The translations under genes were made by a program, and so were the position numbers. Shown here piece after piece: positions 28,308 to 39,945 of a stretch of 64,000 nucleotides of DNA (position 1 is the stretch's first letter; each line of letters begins with the position of its first letter). The notes beneath the pieces are model-generated. The model worked only from the letters and a program-made list of their open reading frames with translations. It was not told where the DNA came from and ran no database searches. The stretch is from Allomuricauda sp. (lineage in GTDB: Bacteria > Bacteroidota > Bacteroidia > Flavobacteriales > Flavobacteriaceae), in contig JBLWSV010000003.1 in NCBI GenBank assembly GCA_048270465.1, forward strand, positions 96,843 through 160,842, given 5' to 3'.

Positions 28308-28377
28308 AGTTATGAATTTAGAGTTTAGAGTTATGAGTAAAGCGTTTTCCTGAACCCATAACTCTAAACTCATAACT
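28308..28377. repeat. Inverted repeat built of tandem heptamers (AGTTATG/AGTTTAG)
   Basis: Left arm AGTTATG-AATTTAG-AGTTTAG-AGTTATG; right arm CATAACT-CTAAACT-CATAACT; perfect 15-bp stem 28321-28335/28357-28371. Confidence 0.85.
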
Positions 28378-28380
28378 TGT

Positions 28381-30033
<1,653 letters not shown>

Positions 30034-30051
30034 CATTTTTATTGCTGTGAA

Positions 30052-32814
30052 TTATGGGTTTATGGCCCATGAAACGTAATAAATGGAACCTACGTTACCG
30101 GTACCAATGGCAGAGAAATACTCATCTCCCAAAATATTGGACCCACCCACCTTGAATACGGACTTGATGCTGGGCACCGAATAATTAATCTGGGCGTCCA
30201 ATACGGTAAAGGCAGGAATGTCGCCATCTGCAAAGGAAGCCTCCCAATAGTAGCTGTCACTCCACCTGTAGTTTACATTGAAACCGAAGTTTTTGAACAA
30301 TGCCGTGTTTCCAAAAGAGGCTTTTACTTTATGTTTTGGGGTGTTGAAGTTGGTCCTCAGGTCTGGGTATTTCCCTTCATCTATGTCCAACTCAGCAAAG
30401 GTATAGTTGACCCCTAGGTCAAAGTTGCCCAATTTGGTGTCCACACCAACAGTTCCCCCATAGGAATTGATATCCGCATCAGAGTTTGTATAGGTTTGAT
30501 AGACTTGAAAATCCCCATTTTGAAGTGCCAAAAGGGAAAGTCCTCCATCACCAGCTTCTCCATAAAAGGGAACAGCGGTTGTGGTGTTGGCCAAAAAGTC
30601 AGCGTAACTATTGTAATACCCACTCAAATCTATGGTAAACCTACCCACCTGCGCCCTGTAGCCAGCCTCAAAGGCAGTAATTTCCTCTGGTTTTACCAAT
30701 GGCGTGTTCACAGCTTGCGGAGCTCCAGCCTGCAATGAGCTTGTTGAGTATGCATTTTCATAAGCTGCGCGGCCCACAATTTCTACTGTGGCAGGCTGAC
30801 CTAAATTATCTTGTGCTGCTTGGCTAACATTGAACGTTCTCACGTCCCTATCCAAGTTGGCGGGTGCCGATCCCACCAAAATGGCACGACCTGCATTCAA
30901 CCCAATGAAGAGATCCTGGGTGGTCGGATTCCTGAAACCTTGTTGGACGGAAACCCTCAAGTTGTGGTTCCGTTTTTCCCCAGCGGTGTAGGCCAAAGAG
31001 ACCCTTGGCGAAACAAATCCATCAAAGAACTCGTTCTTGTCATATCGGGCAGAACCGGTAAACTTCAACCTATCATCCAAGAATTTCTTTTGAAGCTGCA
31101 CATAGGCTCCATATTCATTATAGGAAATGGGTCCATCGGTATCCGTGAAAATGGTACCATTGGAGTTCAATACGTATTCCCTGAAAGAGCCGCCCACTTG
31201 CAGGTCGGCCCAGTTATCGATCAAATGGGCAAAGTTGTAGTTTCCATTAATGTGACGGAATTTGGTCTTGTCGATAAATTTGGCACCTGTGGTCAAATCC
31301 CCATTATTGGTCACTTGGTTGAACGCACTTTCAAATTCAGGTGTACCAGGAATCAATCTTCCCGTATCTGCGGATTGTCTTCCCGCAATATGCGCTTGTT
31401 CTGATGCTTGCTCCGGGGTCAGTCCTCCTTGTTGGATTCCTCCCAGATAAGTTGGGATATAGGCAGAAGCGTAATCTGTAAACCATTGTACATCGGACTT
31501 CCAAGCCCTATTTATGTTGATGGCCGCAAAACGGGTGTCGTATGCATCCCCTGAATTTTCAGAAACAATATATCCGCGTAGGAAGAAATTTTTGTTCTTG
31601 ATTTCCAACTTGTGCTGTTGCATGGTAAACCCGCTTACCGCATAGCGGTTGGCCCCTTGATAAATAGTGGTTCCGCGACCAATCCTACTGTTTAGGATGA
31701 TTTCAAAATCATCGGCAAAGGGACGGTAGTGGAGGGCAAAATCCGATTTTACGCTTTCTGCCCCATAATCGGCCAAATCGGCCTCATCATATCCAGTTCT
31801 GGAAATCACTGCTGACCCCACAGTTCCACTGGGCAAACCCGCAGCAGCATCAAAATTTAAAGTTGTGGATACTTCATCCCCATACACATTCAACCCATCA
31901 TAAGCTGGGTTGGAACGGTCTGCTCCTGGGTTGTCCAGGTCCATTCTGCTATTGGCATGCCAATCCTCACCTGTCAACACCGATAGGTTTGCCTTAACGG
32001 CCACCTTGTCGCTAAAGGCATGGGCTGCACGAATACCGAAATCTTTGTAAAAGTTGTTTCCTGCCGCATCCTGTACCGTTACCCCGCCTTTGGCATAGGC
32101 ACTGATTCCTTGAAAATCGAATGGGTTTTTGCTGGTCATGAACAGGATACCGTTGAAGGCTCCTGCACCATAAAGGGCCGAAGAAGCTCCTGGCAGGATT
32201 TCCACACTCTGCACATCCAGTTCGGACATCCCCACCAAGTTACCCAATACGAAATTGAGTCCTGGGGCGGTATTGTCCATCCCATCCACCAGCTGCAAGA
32301 ACCTGTTGTTGGCAAAGGTGGCAAAACCCCTTGTGTTAATCGACTGGAAAGTCAAACTGTTGGTGTTGATATCAACTCCTTTCAGGTTTTGCAAGCCTCC
32401 ATAAAAGGATTCTGCGGTGGTGTTCTTTATTTCTTTCAGGCCGAATCTTTCCACGGAAACTGGGGATTCAAAAATTCTTTCAGGCGTCCTTGAAGCCGAT
32501 ATTACAATCTCGTCCAACAGGGTGGAGGCTTCTTTCAGCGTAATGGAAAGAGTCTGGTTATTGGAAGTGACATTGGCCACAAAATCCGAAAAACCGATAC
32601 TTGTTATCCGAAGTTGGAACGGAGGGGTCTGCGAGGTATTAAAGGTGAAGTTTCCATCAAAGTCGGTCACGGTTCCTTCAGCTTTGCCCACCAAGACCAC
32701 ATTGGCCCCTGGGATGGGCTGGCTGTTTTCATCAACTACTTTTCCCTGTACGGTTGTCTGTGCATTTGAGACAACACCAAACAGCATAAGGAAAATGAAC
32801 ATTAGTCTTCTCAT
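30052..32814 (-). CDS. TonB-dependent receptor with N-terminal carboxypeptidase-regulatory-like domain
   Basis: 920 aa; signal peptide; PIPGANV..TVTDFDGNF; plug SVEILPGASSALYG; C-terminal YYVSW. Confidence 0.92.
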   Translation of the reverse strand: MRRLMFIFLMLFGVVSNAQTTVQGKVVDENSQPIPGANVVLVGKAEGTVTDFDGNFTFNTSQTPPFQLRITSIGFSDFVANVTSNNQTLSITLKEASTLLDEIVISASRTPERIFESPVSVERFGLKEIKNTTAESFYGGLQNLKGVDINTNSLTFQSINTRGFATFANNRFLQLVDGMDNTAPGLNFVLGNLVGMSELDVQSVEILPGASSALYGAGAFNGILFMTSKNPFDFQGISAYAKGGVTVQDAAGNNFYKDFGIRAAHAFSDKVAVKANLSVLTGEDWHANSRMDLDNPGADRSNPAYDGLNVYGDEVSTTLNFDAAAGLPSGTVGSAVISRTGYDEADLADYGAESVKSDFALHYRPFADDFEIILNSRIGRGTTIYQGANRYAVSGFTMQQHKLEIKNKNFFLRGYIVSENSGDAYDTRFAAININRAWKSDVQWFTDYASAYIPTYLGGIQQGGLTPEQASEQAHIAGRQSADTGRLIPGTPEFESAFNQVTNNGDLTTGAKFIDKTKFRHINGNYNFAHLIDNWADLQVGGSFREYVLNSNGTIFTDTDGPISYNEYGAYVQLQKKFLDDRLKFTGSARYDKNEFFDGFVSPRVSLAYTAGEKRNHNLRVSVQQGFRNPTTQDLFIGLNAGRAILVGSAPANLDRDVRTFNVSQAAQDNLGQPATVEIVGRAAYENAYSTSSLQAGAPQAVNTPLVKPEEITAFEAGYRAQVGRFTIDLSGYYNSYADFLANTTTAVPFYGEAGDGGLSLLALQNGDFQVYQTYTNSDADINSYGGTVGVDTKLGNFDLGVNYTFAELDIDEGKYPDLRTNFNTPKHKVKASFGNTALFKNFGFNVNYRWSDSYYWEASFADGDIPAFTVLDAQINYSVPSIKSVFKVGGSNILGDEYFSAIGTGNVGSIYYVSWAINP

Positions 32815-32912
32815 TGGCTATGATTTTGAGTTAAATTTGGTTTATGTATTTGTTAAGCAATGTATATGGAAGATACATTTTTTTTTATTTCGTTTCTACA
32901 AATATGGAAAAA

Positions 32913-32928
32913 ATTATGCATGCATAAT
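32913..32928. promoter_or_regulatory. Perfect 16-bp palindrome, candidate operator
   Basis: ATTATGCATGCATAAT, about 100 nt upstream of the TonB receptor start. Confidence 0.6.
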
Positions 32929-32971
32929 ACTTTTTTGGTAAAAATCAATATTGAAAACTACAATATCAATA

Positions 32972-33001
32972 AAAAAAGGCACTGTTCCCAGTGCCTTTTT
33001 T
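32972..33001 (-). terminator. Intrinsic terminator after glmS
   Basis: AAAAAAGGCACTG-TTCC-CAGTGCCTTTTTT. Confidence 0.9.
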
Positions 33002-33022
33002 CTTTATCCCTGTTTTTAGAAG

Positions 33023-34870
33023 TTATTCCACGGTAACCGATTTCGCCAAGTTTCTAGGCTGGTCCACATTGCATCCCCGCATAACGGCTATGTGGTAAGA
33101 TAACAACTGCAGTGGTATCGTGGTCAGAAGCGGTGAAAGGCTTTCGGAGGTCTCTGGCACTTCGATCACGTGATCGGCCAACTCCCTTACAGACACATCG
33201 CCCTCGGTGACTATGGCTATGATCCTTCCTTTTCTGGATTTTATCTCCTGAATGTTGCTCACCACTTTTTCATAGTGTCCTTTTCTAGTGGCAATGACCA
33301 CTACGGGCATCTGCTCATCGATCAACGCAATGGGGCCATGCTTCATTTCTGCTGCCGGGTATCCCTCTGCATGGATATAACTGATCTCTTTCAGTTTCAA
33401 TGCACCCTCCAGAGCTACTGGAAAATTGTAGCCCCTGCCCAAATAAAGGCAATTGGATGAGTCTTTATAAATATCAGAAATTTCCTCCACAATGGGATTG
33501 GACAAGAGTGCCTTCTCCACTTTTGTGGGAACGCTTTCGAGTTCTGCCAAATATTCATGGTACTTGGATTGTGACAAGGTGCCTTTTTCATGGGCCAATT
33601 TGAGCGCAATGAGTGTGAGGACCGTTATTTGGGTAGTAAATGCTTTTGTAGAGGCCACACCGATTTCAGGTCCTGCATGGGTATAGGCCCCTGCATGGGT
33701 CTCCCTGGCTATGGATGAACCTACTACATTGCACACTCCAAAAACAAAGGCTCCTTTTTCCTTGGCCAGCTTTATGGCCGCCAAGGTGTCCGCAGTTTCT
33801 CCGGACTGTGAAATGGCAATCAGAACATCCTTTTCGGTGATGACGGGATTTCTGTACCTGAACTCCGAAGCGTACTCAACCTCTACGGGAATACGGGCCA
33901 GGTCTTCAAAAATATACTCGGCAACCAACCCAGCATGCCAAGAGGTACCGCAGGCCACTATAATGATTCTGTTGGCATTGAGGAATTTTTCCAGATTTTG
34001 ATCTATCCCGGCCATTTTGATGATGCCCTTGTCTGCCAACAAGCGACCCCGATAAGTATCCAAAATAGCTCTTGGCTGCTCATATATTTCTTTGAGCATG
34101 AAATGGTCATATCCGCCTTTTTCTATTTCCTCAAGATTCAGTTGGAGCTCTAAAATGTTAGGGTAGGCAATGGCATCGTCCTTGATCTTGCGTAGTTTGA
34201 TTTCCTTTCCGATTCGCACAATGGCCATTTCCTCATCTTCCAAATACACGGCATTGTTGGTATATTCGATAAATGGGGATGCATCAGAGGCAATAAAATA
34301 TTCTTCTTCGCCAATTCCGATGGCCAACGGGCTTCCAAGCTTGGCCACCACGATCTCATCGGGTTTGTTCCTGTCAAAAACGGCAATGGCATAGGCCCCT
34401 ACCACTTGGTTGAGCGCAATCTGAACGGCCTTGCCCAATTTCACCCCTTCTTTGTTCTTTACTTCTTCGATCAGGTTGACGAGCACTTCGGTATCGGTGT
34501 CCGACTCAAAAGTATATCCCCGTTTGGTAAGCGCTTGTTTGATGGATTCGTAGTTCTCGATGATCCCGTTGTGGATAATGACCAAATCCCCGGAATTGGA
34601 AAAATGGGGATGTGAATTGACATCGTTGGGAACTCCGTGCGTGGCCCATCTTGTGTGCCCGAGGCCCAGTTTTCCGGATGTTGAAATGGAGGTCTCTGTT
34701 TTTTGTTTCAGGTCTTCCACTTTTCCCTTGGTTTTGGAAAGGTGGGTATTTTCCCCATCATACAGTGCTATTCCAGCACTGTCATATCCACGATATTCGA
34801 GTCTTTGCAGACCTTTCATTATAATGGGATAGGCATCCCGATGGCCAATATAGCCTACTATTCCGCACAT
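33023..34870 (-). CDS. glmS: Glutamine-fructose-6-phosphate transaminase
   Basis: MCGIVG, LEYRGYDSAG, GHTRWATHG, SQSGETADT, EMKHGP, PRNLAKSVTVE. Confidence 0.98.
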   Translation of the reverse strand: MCGIVGYIGHRDAYPIIMKGLQRLEYRGYDSAGIALYDGENTHLSKTKGKVEDLKQKTETSISTSGKLGLGHTRWATHGVPNDVNSHPHFSNSGDLVIIHNGIIENYESIKQALTKRGYTFESDTDTEVLVNLIEEVKNKEGVKLGKAVQIALNQVVGAYAIAVFDRNKPDEIVVAKLGSPLAIGIGEEEYFIASDASPFIEYTNNAVYLEDEEMAIVRIGKEIKLRKIKDDAIAYPNILELQLNLEEIEKGGYDHFMLKEIYEQPRAILDTYRGRLLADKGIIKMAGIDQNLEKFLNANRIIIVACGTSWHAGLVAEYIFEDLARIPVEVEYASEFRYRNPVITEKDVLIAISQSGETADTLAAIKLAKEKGAFVFGVCNVVGSSIARETHAGAYTHAGPEIGVASTKAFTTQITVLTLIALKLAHEKGTLSQSKYHEYLAELESVPTKVEKALLSNPIVEEISDIYKDSSNCLYLGRGYNFPVALEGALKLKEISYIHAEGYPAAEMKHGPIALIDEQMPVVVIATRKGHYEKVVSNIQEIKSRKGRIIAIVTEGDVSVRELADHVIEVPETSESLSPLLTTIPLQLLSYHIAVMRGCNVDQPRNLAKSVTVE

Positions 34871-35002
34871 AAGGTATTTTTTTAGTTAATGTCCACCATT
34901 GGGGGTAAAGTGGTCATCAAATTTAAGATCTATTGGGCAAAATCAATACTTCTGCCCTCCTAAAACGATGAACGTCCAAAAATCCTCTTCAAGAGGTAAT
35001 TG

Positions 35003-36823
35003 TCAATTCGCCTCCGTATAAAAAATTTCAAGTTTTAACTTCTTTTCCTCTTCCCCTAGTGTCAAATTGCTACCATATAGCACTGTGCCCAAAGGGCTAG
35101 CGGCAGACATTACTGGGTAGTTTACCTCCTGCGCCCCATTGTCCATTGCCTTTTGTACGTTTGGAAATCCAATATTGGATGTCAATGTAAGCGCCAATCT
35201 CGCATTGGTCGAATCCCTAACGATGATATTGTTGATATGCTCTGTGATTCTTATGGTGTATTTGACTCCTTTTCCACTTACCTTTTCAATCACACCATCG
35301 TGGTTGGTGTAGTAGTTCAATGGGTTTGCAGTATTGTTCGGGGTGTTGGTCTCATTGGCCGAGCTGTAGAGTGGAAAACTGGTCTCCGCATTGTACAGGT
35401 ACAATCTTGGCGGTTCTTCAACTGCCCCCGAACTGTCCAATGTTTCCCTGTCCACATAAAAAACGAGGTTGGCCTCGTTGATGATCCAATTATTGGCCCT
35501 AATCTGATCTATGATCTGCGATCCGCCATTTTCAAGCTCATCAAACAATCTAATTTCTGCAAGTGTCCCTCCGCCCTTTACATATATTCTGGATGCGTTC
35601 TCCCCATTGTCCAATGAGCTGGCAATATCCGTTGGAAAGGCCTCATTTTCAAAAACGTTCACGGCATTTCCGGAAACTCCGCTTTGGGTTCTTGCCAAAA
35701 GGTTCAGTACAAAATCCTTTTCTGCAGTCACTACGGTTTCCTCCTCGGCATCATAATCTTGGTACTCATAGGTAATGGTAATGTTGGCCTCGGTCAAATC
35801 CAACAGAAACATGAGTTCTTCCATCCCCGTGCCCGACAAATGGATTCCCCTGAAGAAATTCCTGAAATTGGATAGGTTCAACAGCTCTGGCTTTCCTTCC
35901 ATGTCCAAAATATTCGTCTGGAAAAAATCGTTGTCCAAAGGAATACGGATTCCGGGGGGCAATCTGGTTTCCACTTGGGTAGATTCGTCCACATCTTCGG
36001 TATCCGGGTCATCTTCCTTGAAAAACAATGTATCCTCATTGTTGATGGTGACCTCCTCATTGGCAATCAATTCCCCGATGAAGCTCGAAAAATCATGATT
36101 GGAATAATATTCTTGGGCTTCCTGAAAACCGGAATTGGGATCTAAATCCCTGAGAAAATAATTGGATCGGGAAACACTCAGGTTAAAGGTTTTGCTCCTG
36201 TCCCCATAAATACTGTCCAAGTCATACCGTTTGGGAAAAGTATTGGCCACAAAGTCATCCCCCGTTCCATCTTCATTGGGATCGAATGGGTTGGAGCCGA
36301 TCACCCTTTCCTGGTTATCAGTGACACCATCCCCGTCCCAATCGGAATTGGGATCGTTCACATCGTCACCTTCCTCAAACTCATCGTCCACCCCATCACC
36401 GTCACTATCGCCCGAAGGGGGCAATTGGAAAGGGATGTACAGATAGACTTCCTTTACAGTTTCATTTTCTTTCACGGTTGATGCACTGTCATCGGTATCG
36501 GCATTGTCCTCAGTGGCCTGCGACAGATCGCCAAAAGTTGGGTTCCCTGCGGGCAGCGTAACCTGCGAAATGATGCTGGCCGTCCTTTTTCCATAAATGG
36601 GGTCGGTATATGTCCCCAATTGGTAGATTGGCAACCTGTTCGTCTGAACGGCGGTTATTCCCTTGTTATAGGCAAACACATCATATTCGACCTTATCCGT
36701 GGTAAAGGGTTCTCCCCCAATGACACCCTCTCCTATGGTGTCCAGTTCGTCTTCACAAGAAGCTATAAGTAGGAACAAAGTTCCAACAGCGGTCGAAACT
36801 TTAGCGATTCTGGAAAATCTCAT
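35003..36823 (-). CDS. DUF4270-family lipoprotein
   Basis: Lipobox IASC followed by EDE; [42 protein letters not shown]; acidic DxDGDG insert. Confidence 0.8.
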   Translation of the reverse strand: MRFSRIAKVSTAVGTLFLLIASCEDELDTIGEGVIGGEPFTTDKVEYDVFAYNKGITAVQTNRLPIYQLGTYTDPIYGKRTASIISQVTLPAGNPTFGDLSQATEDNADTDDSASTVKENETVKEVYLYIPFQLPPSGDSDGDGVDDEFEEGDDVNDPNSDWDGDGVTDNQERVIGSNPFDPNEDGTGDDFVANTFPKRYDLDSIYGDRSKTFNLSVSRSNYFLRDLDPNSGFQEAQEYYSNHDFSSFIGELIANEEVTINNEDTLFFKEDDPDTEDVDESTQVETRLPPGIRIPLDNDFFQTNILDMEGKPELLNLSNFRNFFRGIHLSGTGMEELMFLLDLTEANITITYEYQDYDAEEETVVTAEKDFVLNLLARTQSGVSGNAVNVFENEAFPTDIASSLDNGENASRIYVKGGGTLAEIRLFDELENGGSQIIDQIRANNWIINEANLVFYVDRETLDSSGAVEEPPRLYLYNAETSFPLYSSANETNTPNNTANPLNYYTNHDGVIEKVSGKGVKYTIRITEHINNIIVRDSTNARLALTLTSNIGFPNVQKAMDNGAQEVNYPVMSAASPLGTVLYGSNLTLGEEEKKLKLEIFYTEAN

Positions 36824-36828
36824 GCAAA

Positions 36829-37638
36829 TTATTTTAAAACCTCCGTTTTATAGAAATTCGTGTATGCCTCCTCTGCTTCCTGAAGCGAAACATAGGGCAG
36901 TACAGGCTTGGAAAGATTGGCAATATGGTTCTTCAGGTCATCTGACATCTCTTCCGAGGCTAAAATAACCGCATCGGAATAATCTACTGCAACCTTTAAC
37001 AAATTATTATAGTCGGGATGGGCCAGGGAAGAAATTTCCTTTTTATCGATGCCGTCAAAAGCAATCTTGTTGATCATTTCACTGTCCAGTTCCCCTTCAT
37101 AACCCTTGCCATATACCGAGGTGACTATTTTGCTGTCGGCGAACAATGGCTCGTCGGCATAGTATTTTCTTAAGTAAAGTGGCAACAATGAGGCCATCCA
37201 TCCGTGCACATGGATGATATCGGGTGACCAGTTCAGTTTTTTGACGGTCTCCACCACCCCTTTTGCAAAGAAAATGGCGCGTTCGTCATTATCCGGAAAA
37301 AGATTTCCGCTGGAATCTTTGAAGGTAGCCTTTCTCTTGAAATATTCATCGTTGTCTATGAAGTACACCTGGATACGCTCCCGTGGAATCGATGCCACTT
37401 TGATGATCAGGGGCATGTCCATGTCGTTTATGACCAGGTTCATCCCTGATAAACGTATCACTTCGTGCAATTGATGCCTTCTTTCGTTGATATTTCCATA
37501 TCTTGGCATGAAGATGCGTATCTGCCCCCCATTGCTGTTCACCATTCTAGGTGCTTCGTACGACATTAAGGAAACTGGATTCTCTGGGAGGTATGGGACT
37601 AATTCAGAAGATACAAACAATATCTTTTTACCATTCAT
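36829..37638 (-). CDS. Glycogen/starch synthase-like protein, N-terminal (GT5) domain only
   Basis: Start ATG 37638 (TACTTTTG element at 37682-37675); [35 protein letters not shown]; 269 aa. Confidence 0.8.
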   Translation of the reverse strand: MNGKKILFVSSELVPYLPENPVSLMSYEAPRMVNSNGGQIRIFMPRYGNINERRHQLHEVIRLSGMNLVINDMDMPLIIKVASIPRERIQVYFIDNDEYFKRKATFKDSSGNLFPDNDERAIFFAKGVVETVKKLNWSPDIIHVHGWMASLLPLYLRKYYADEPLFADSKIVTSVYGKGYEGELDSEMINKIAFDGIDKKEISSLAHPDYNNLLKVAVDYSDAVILASEEMSDDLKNHIANLSKPVLPYVSLQEAEEAYTNFYKTEVLK

Positions 37639-37740
37639 AAACACTTTCTTTTGTTTATCTGAAAAACGTAGCTGCAAAAGTACAAAAATTATGCTGATTA
37701 CCAGTATTTATAGTATTTTTGCACGCTTTCAAACCTTGAC

Positions 37741-38589
37741 ATGCACGTATTTGACCATAAAAAGGAGCTTGTTTCCTTCTTGGATAAAGAGCGAGAAAAA
37801 AACCGTACCATCGGGCTTGTGCCCACTATGGGCGCCCTACACACAGGGCATATCTCCTTGGTAAAAAAAGCGCTTTTGGAAAATGACCTGGTCGTGGTGA
37901 GCATCTTCGTGAACCCCACCCAATTTGACAAAAAGGACGATCTGGATAAATATCCCAGAAGTTTTGAAAGCGATATCGACCTCTTAAAATCCGTTTCCGA
38001 CAAAATTGTGGTCTTTGCGCCCACGGTGGATGAAATCTACGGCCAAAATGTACAATCCCAATCGTACAAGTTTGACGGGTTGGACAAAGTGATGGAAGGG
38101 GAATTCAGGGCCGGGCATTTTGACGGGGTCGGCACCATTGTGGAACTTTTGCTCAGGACCGTAGCCCCCGACAGAGCCTATTTTGGCGAGAAGGATTTTC
38201 AACAGTTGCAGATCATTCGGAAAATGGCCCAGCTCAAAAAACTGCCCTACACCATCATAGGCTGCCCTATAGAACGGGAGCCCAACGGATTGGCCATGAG
38301 CTCGCGTAATGAAAGGCTTTCCAAAACGACTAGAAAGGAAGCGGGCTTTATCCACGAAACCCTTCAGGCTGCCAAATCCAAATTTGGCACGGAAAGTGCT
38401 AACAGCATCAAGGATTGGGTAAAATCTGAATTTGGGAAAAATCCTATGTTCAACCTGGAGTATTTTGAAATAACCGATGAGGACACCCTAACCCCCATAT
38501 TGAAAAAACAGGATGGCCAAAAATATAGGGCGTTTGTTGCCGTTTATGCCGATAATGTCCGCCTAATTGATAATCTAAGATTGAATTGA
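37741..38589 (+). CDS. panC: Pantoate-beta-alanine ligase
   Basis: VPTMGALHTGH, SIFVNPTQF, RAGHFDGV, FGEKDFQQ, GLAMSSRN, RLIDN; TATTTTTG element at 37714-37721. Confidence 0.97.
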   Translation: MHVFDHKKELVSFLDKEREKNRTIGLVPTMGALHTGHISLVKKALLENDLVVVSIFVNPTQFDKKDDLDKYPRSFESDIDLLKSVSDKIVVFAPTVDEIYGQNVQSQSYKFDGLDKVMEGEFRAGHFDGVGTIVELLLRTVAPDRAYFGEKDFQQLQIIRKMAQLKKLPYTIIGCPIEREPNGLAMSSRNERLSKTTRKEAGFIHETLQAAKSKFGTESANSIKDWVKSEFGKNPMFNLEYFEITDEDTLTPILKKQDGQKYRAFVAVYADNVRLIDNLRLN

Positions 38590-38601
38590 TAATTTTGCAC
38601 C

Positions 38602-38952
38602 ATGCAAATAGAAGTTGTAAAATCCAAGATCCACAGGGTCAAAGTGACCGGGGCAGACCTTAATTATATAGGTAGCATCACCATTGACGAAGACCTCATG
38701 GACGCGGCCAACATCATCAGGGGCGAGAAAGTGCAGATCGTCAACAACAACAACGGTGAACGTTTGGAAACCTATGCCATTCCAGGACCAAGGGGCTCTG
38801 GTGAACTGACACTCAACGGTGCCGCTGCCCGCAAAGTGGCCGTGGGCGACGTGCTCATCCTGATCACTTATGCGTGGATGGACATTGAAGAAGCCAAGAC
38901 CTTTAATCCGTCATTGGTCTTTCCGAACGAAGCCACCAACCTACTCAACTAG
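38602..38952 (+). CDS. panD: Aspartate 1-decarboxylase
   Basis: [16 protein letters not shown] (G-S cleavage site), [15 protein letters not shown]. Confidence 0.97.
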   Translation: MQIEVVKSKIHRVKVTGADLNYIGSITIDEDLMDAANIIRGEKVQIVNNNNGERLETYAIPGPRGSGELTLNGAAARKVAVGDVLILITYAWMDIEEAKTFNPSLVFPNEATNLLN

Positions 38953-38954
38953 TT

Positions 38955-39920
38955 TTGGGCAATTCCCTTAAAAAATTCCTCAAAATATTTGTCCCCATAG
39001 CTTTTGGGCTCTTTCTGGTCTGGTATTCCTATAGCTCAACCACACCTGAAGAACGCAAACAGATCATCCATTATATTTCCAATGCCAGCCCGTTTTGGGT
39101 CGCCCTATCCGTGGTTTTGGGCATACTGAGCCATGTGTCAAGGGCAATCAGATGGAACTATCTTTTGGCACCCATGGGCTATAGGCCAAAACTCATCAAC
39201 AATATCTTGATCGTCCTCATCTCCTACTTTGCCAATTTGGGCATACCCCGTTCCGGAGAAATACTACGGGCCACTGCATTGGCCACTTATGAAAAGGTTC
39301 CCTTTGAAAAAGGTTTCGGCACCATTGTTACCGAAAGGGTCATCGACCTGTTGATGCTCTTGTTCATCATCACGATTACCCTAGTGTTGCAGACCGACAT
39401 TATTTTGGCATTTTTGGAAGAAAAGGGCATCAACATAGTCGGCGCCATTGGTATTTTATTGGTTGGCATAGTTGGGCTTTTTCTGGCAACCTACATCATC
39501 CGAAGGTCCAGATCTCCCTTTTTCCTTAAGGTCAAGACATTTTTGAATGGCCTTAAAGACGGTGTGCTGAGCGTCTTCAAAATGAAGAACAAATGGGCGT
39601 TCATTTTCCATACCCTCTTTATTTGGGCCGCCTATGTGGGCATGTTCTGGGTGATAAAGCATACCGTGGCCGAGACCACATCACTCACCCTGGGCCAACT
39701 TCTGGTCCCATTTGTGGCAGGCAGCTTTGCCATATCCACCACCAACGGCGGAATTGGCCTGTACCCCATAGCCGTGAGTGCGGCCCTCGGCATTTATGGC
39801 ATCAGCTCCGTTTCCGGGGATGCATTTGGGTGGATCATGTGGATAGCACAGACCCTCATGGTGGTCGTCTTTGGTACAATATCCTTCATTGTATTGCCGT
39901 TATTGAATAGAAATCGGTAA
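38955..39920 (+). CDS. UPF0104/lysylphosphatidylglycerol synthase TM-region (flippase-like) protein
   Basis: TTG start; RAIRWNYLL, PRSGEILR, GTIVTERVIDL, GGIGLYP. Confidence 0.85.
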   Translation: MGNSLKKFLKIFVPIAFGLFLVWYSYSSTTPEERKQIIHYISNASPFWVALSVVLGILSHVSRAIRWNYLLAPMGYRPKLINNILIVLISYFANLGIPRSGEILRATALATYEKVPFEKGFGTIVTERVIDLLMLLFIITITLVLQTDIILAFLEEKGINIVGAIGILLVGIVGLFLATYIIRRSRSPFFLKVKTFLNGLKDGVLSVFKMKNKWAFIFHTLFIWAAYVGMFWVIKHTVAETTSLTLGQLLVPFVAGSFAISTTNGGIGLYPIAVSAALGIYGISSVSGDAFGWIMWIAQTLMVVVFGTISFIVLPLLNRNR

Positions 39921-39945
39921 GCCCCAGCCGTCCAAAACTTAACCA

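Noticed and set aside
34871-35002. glmS ribozyme upstream of glmS
   Set aside because: A TAAATTTG element at 34925-34918 implies a leader of about 40 nt, too short; no ribozyme core recognised
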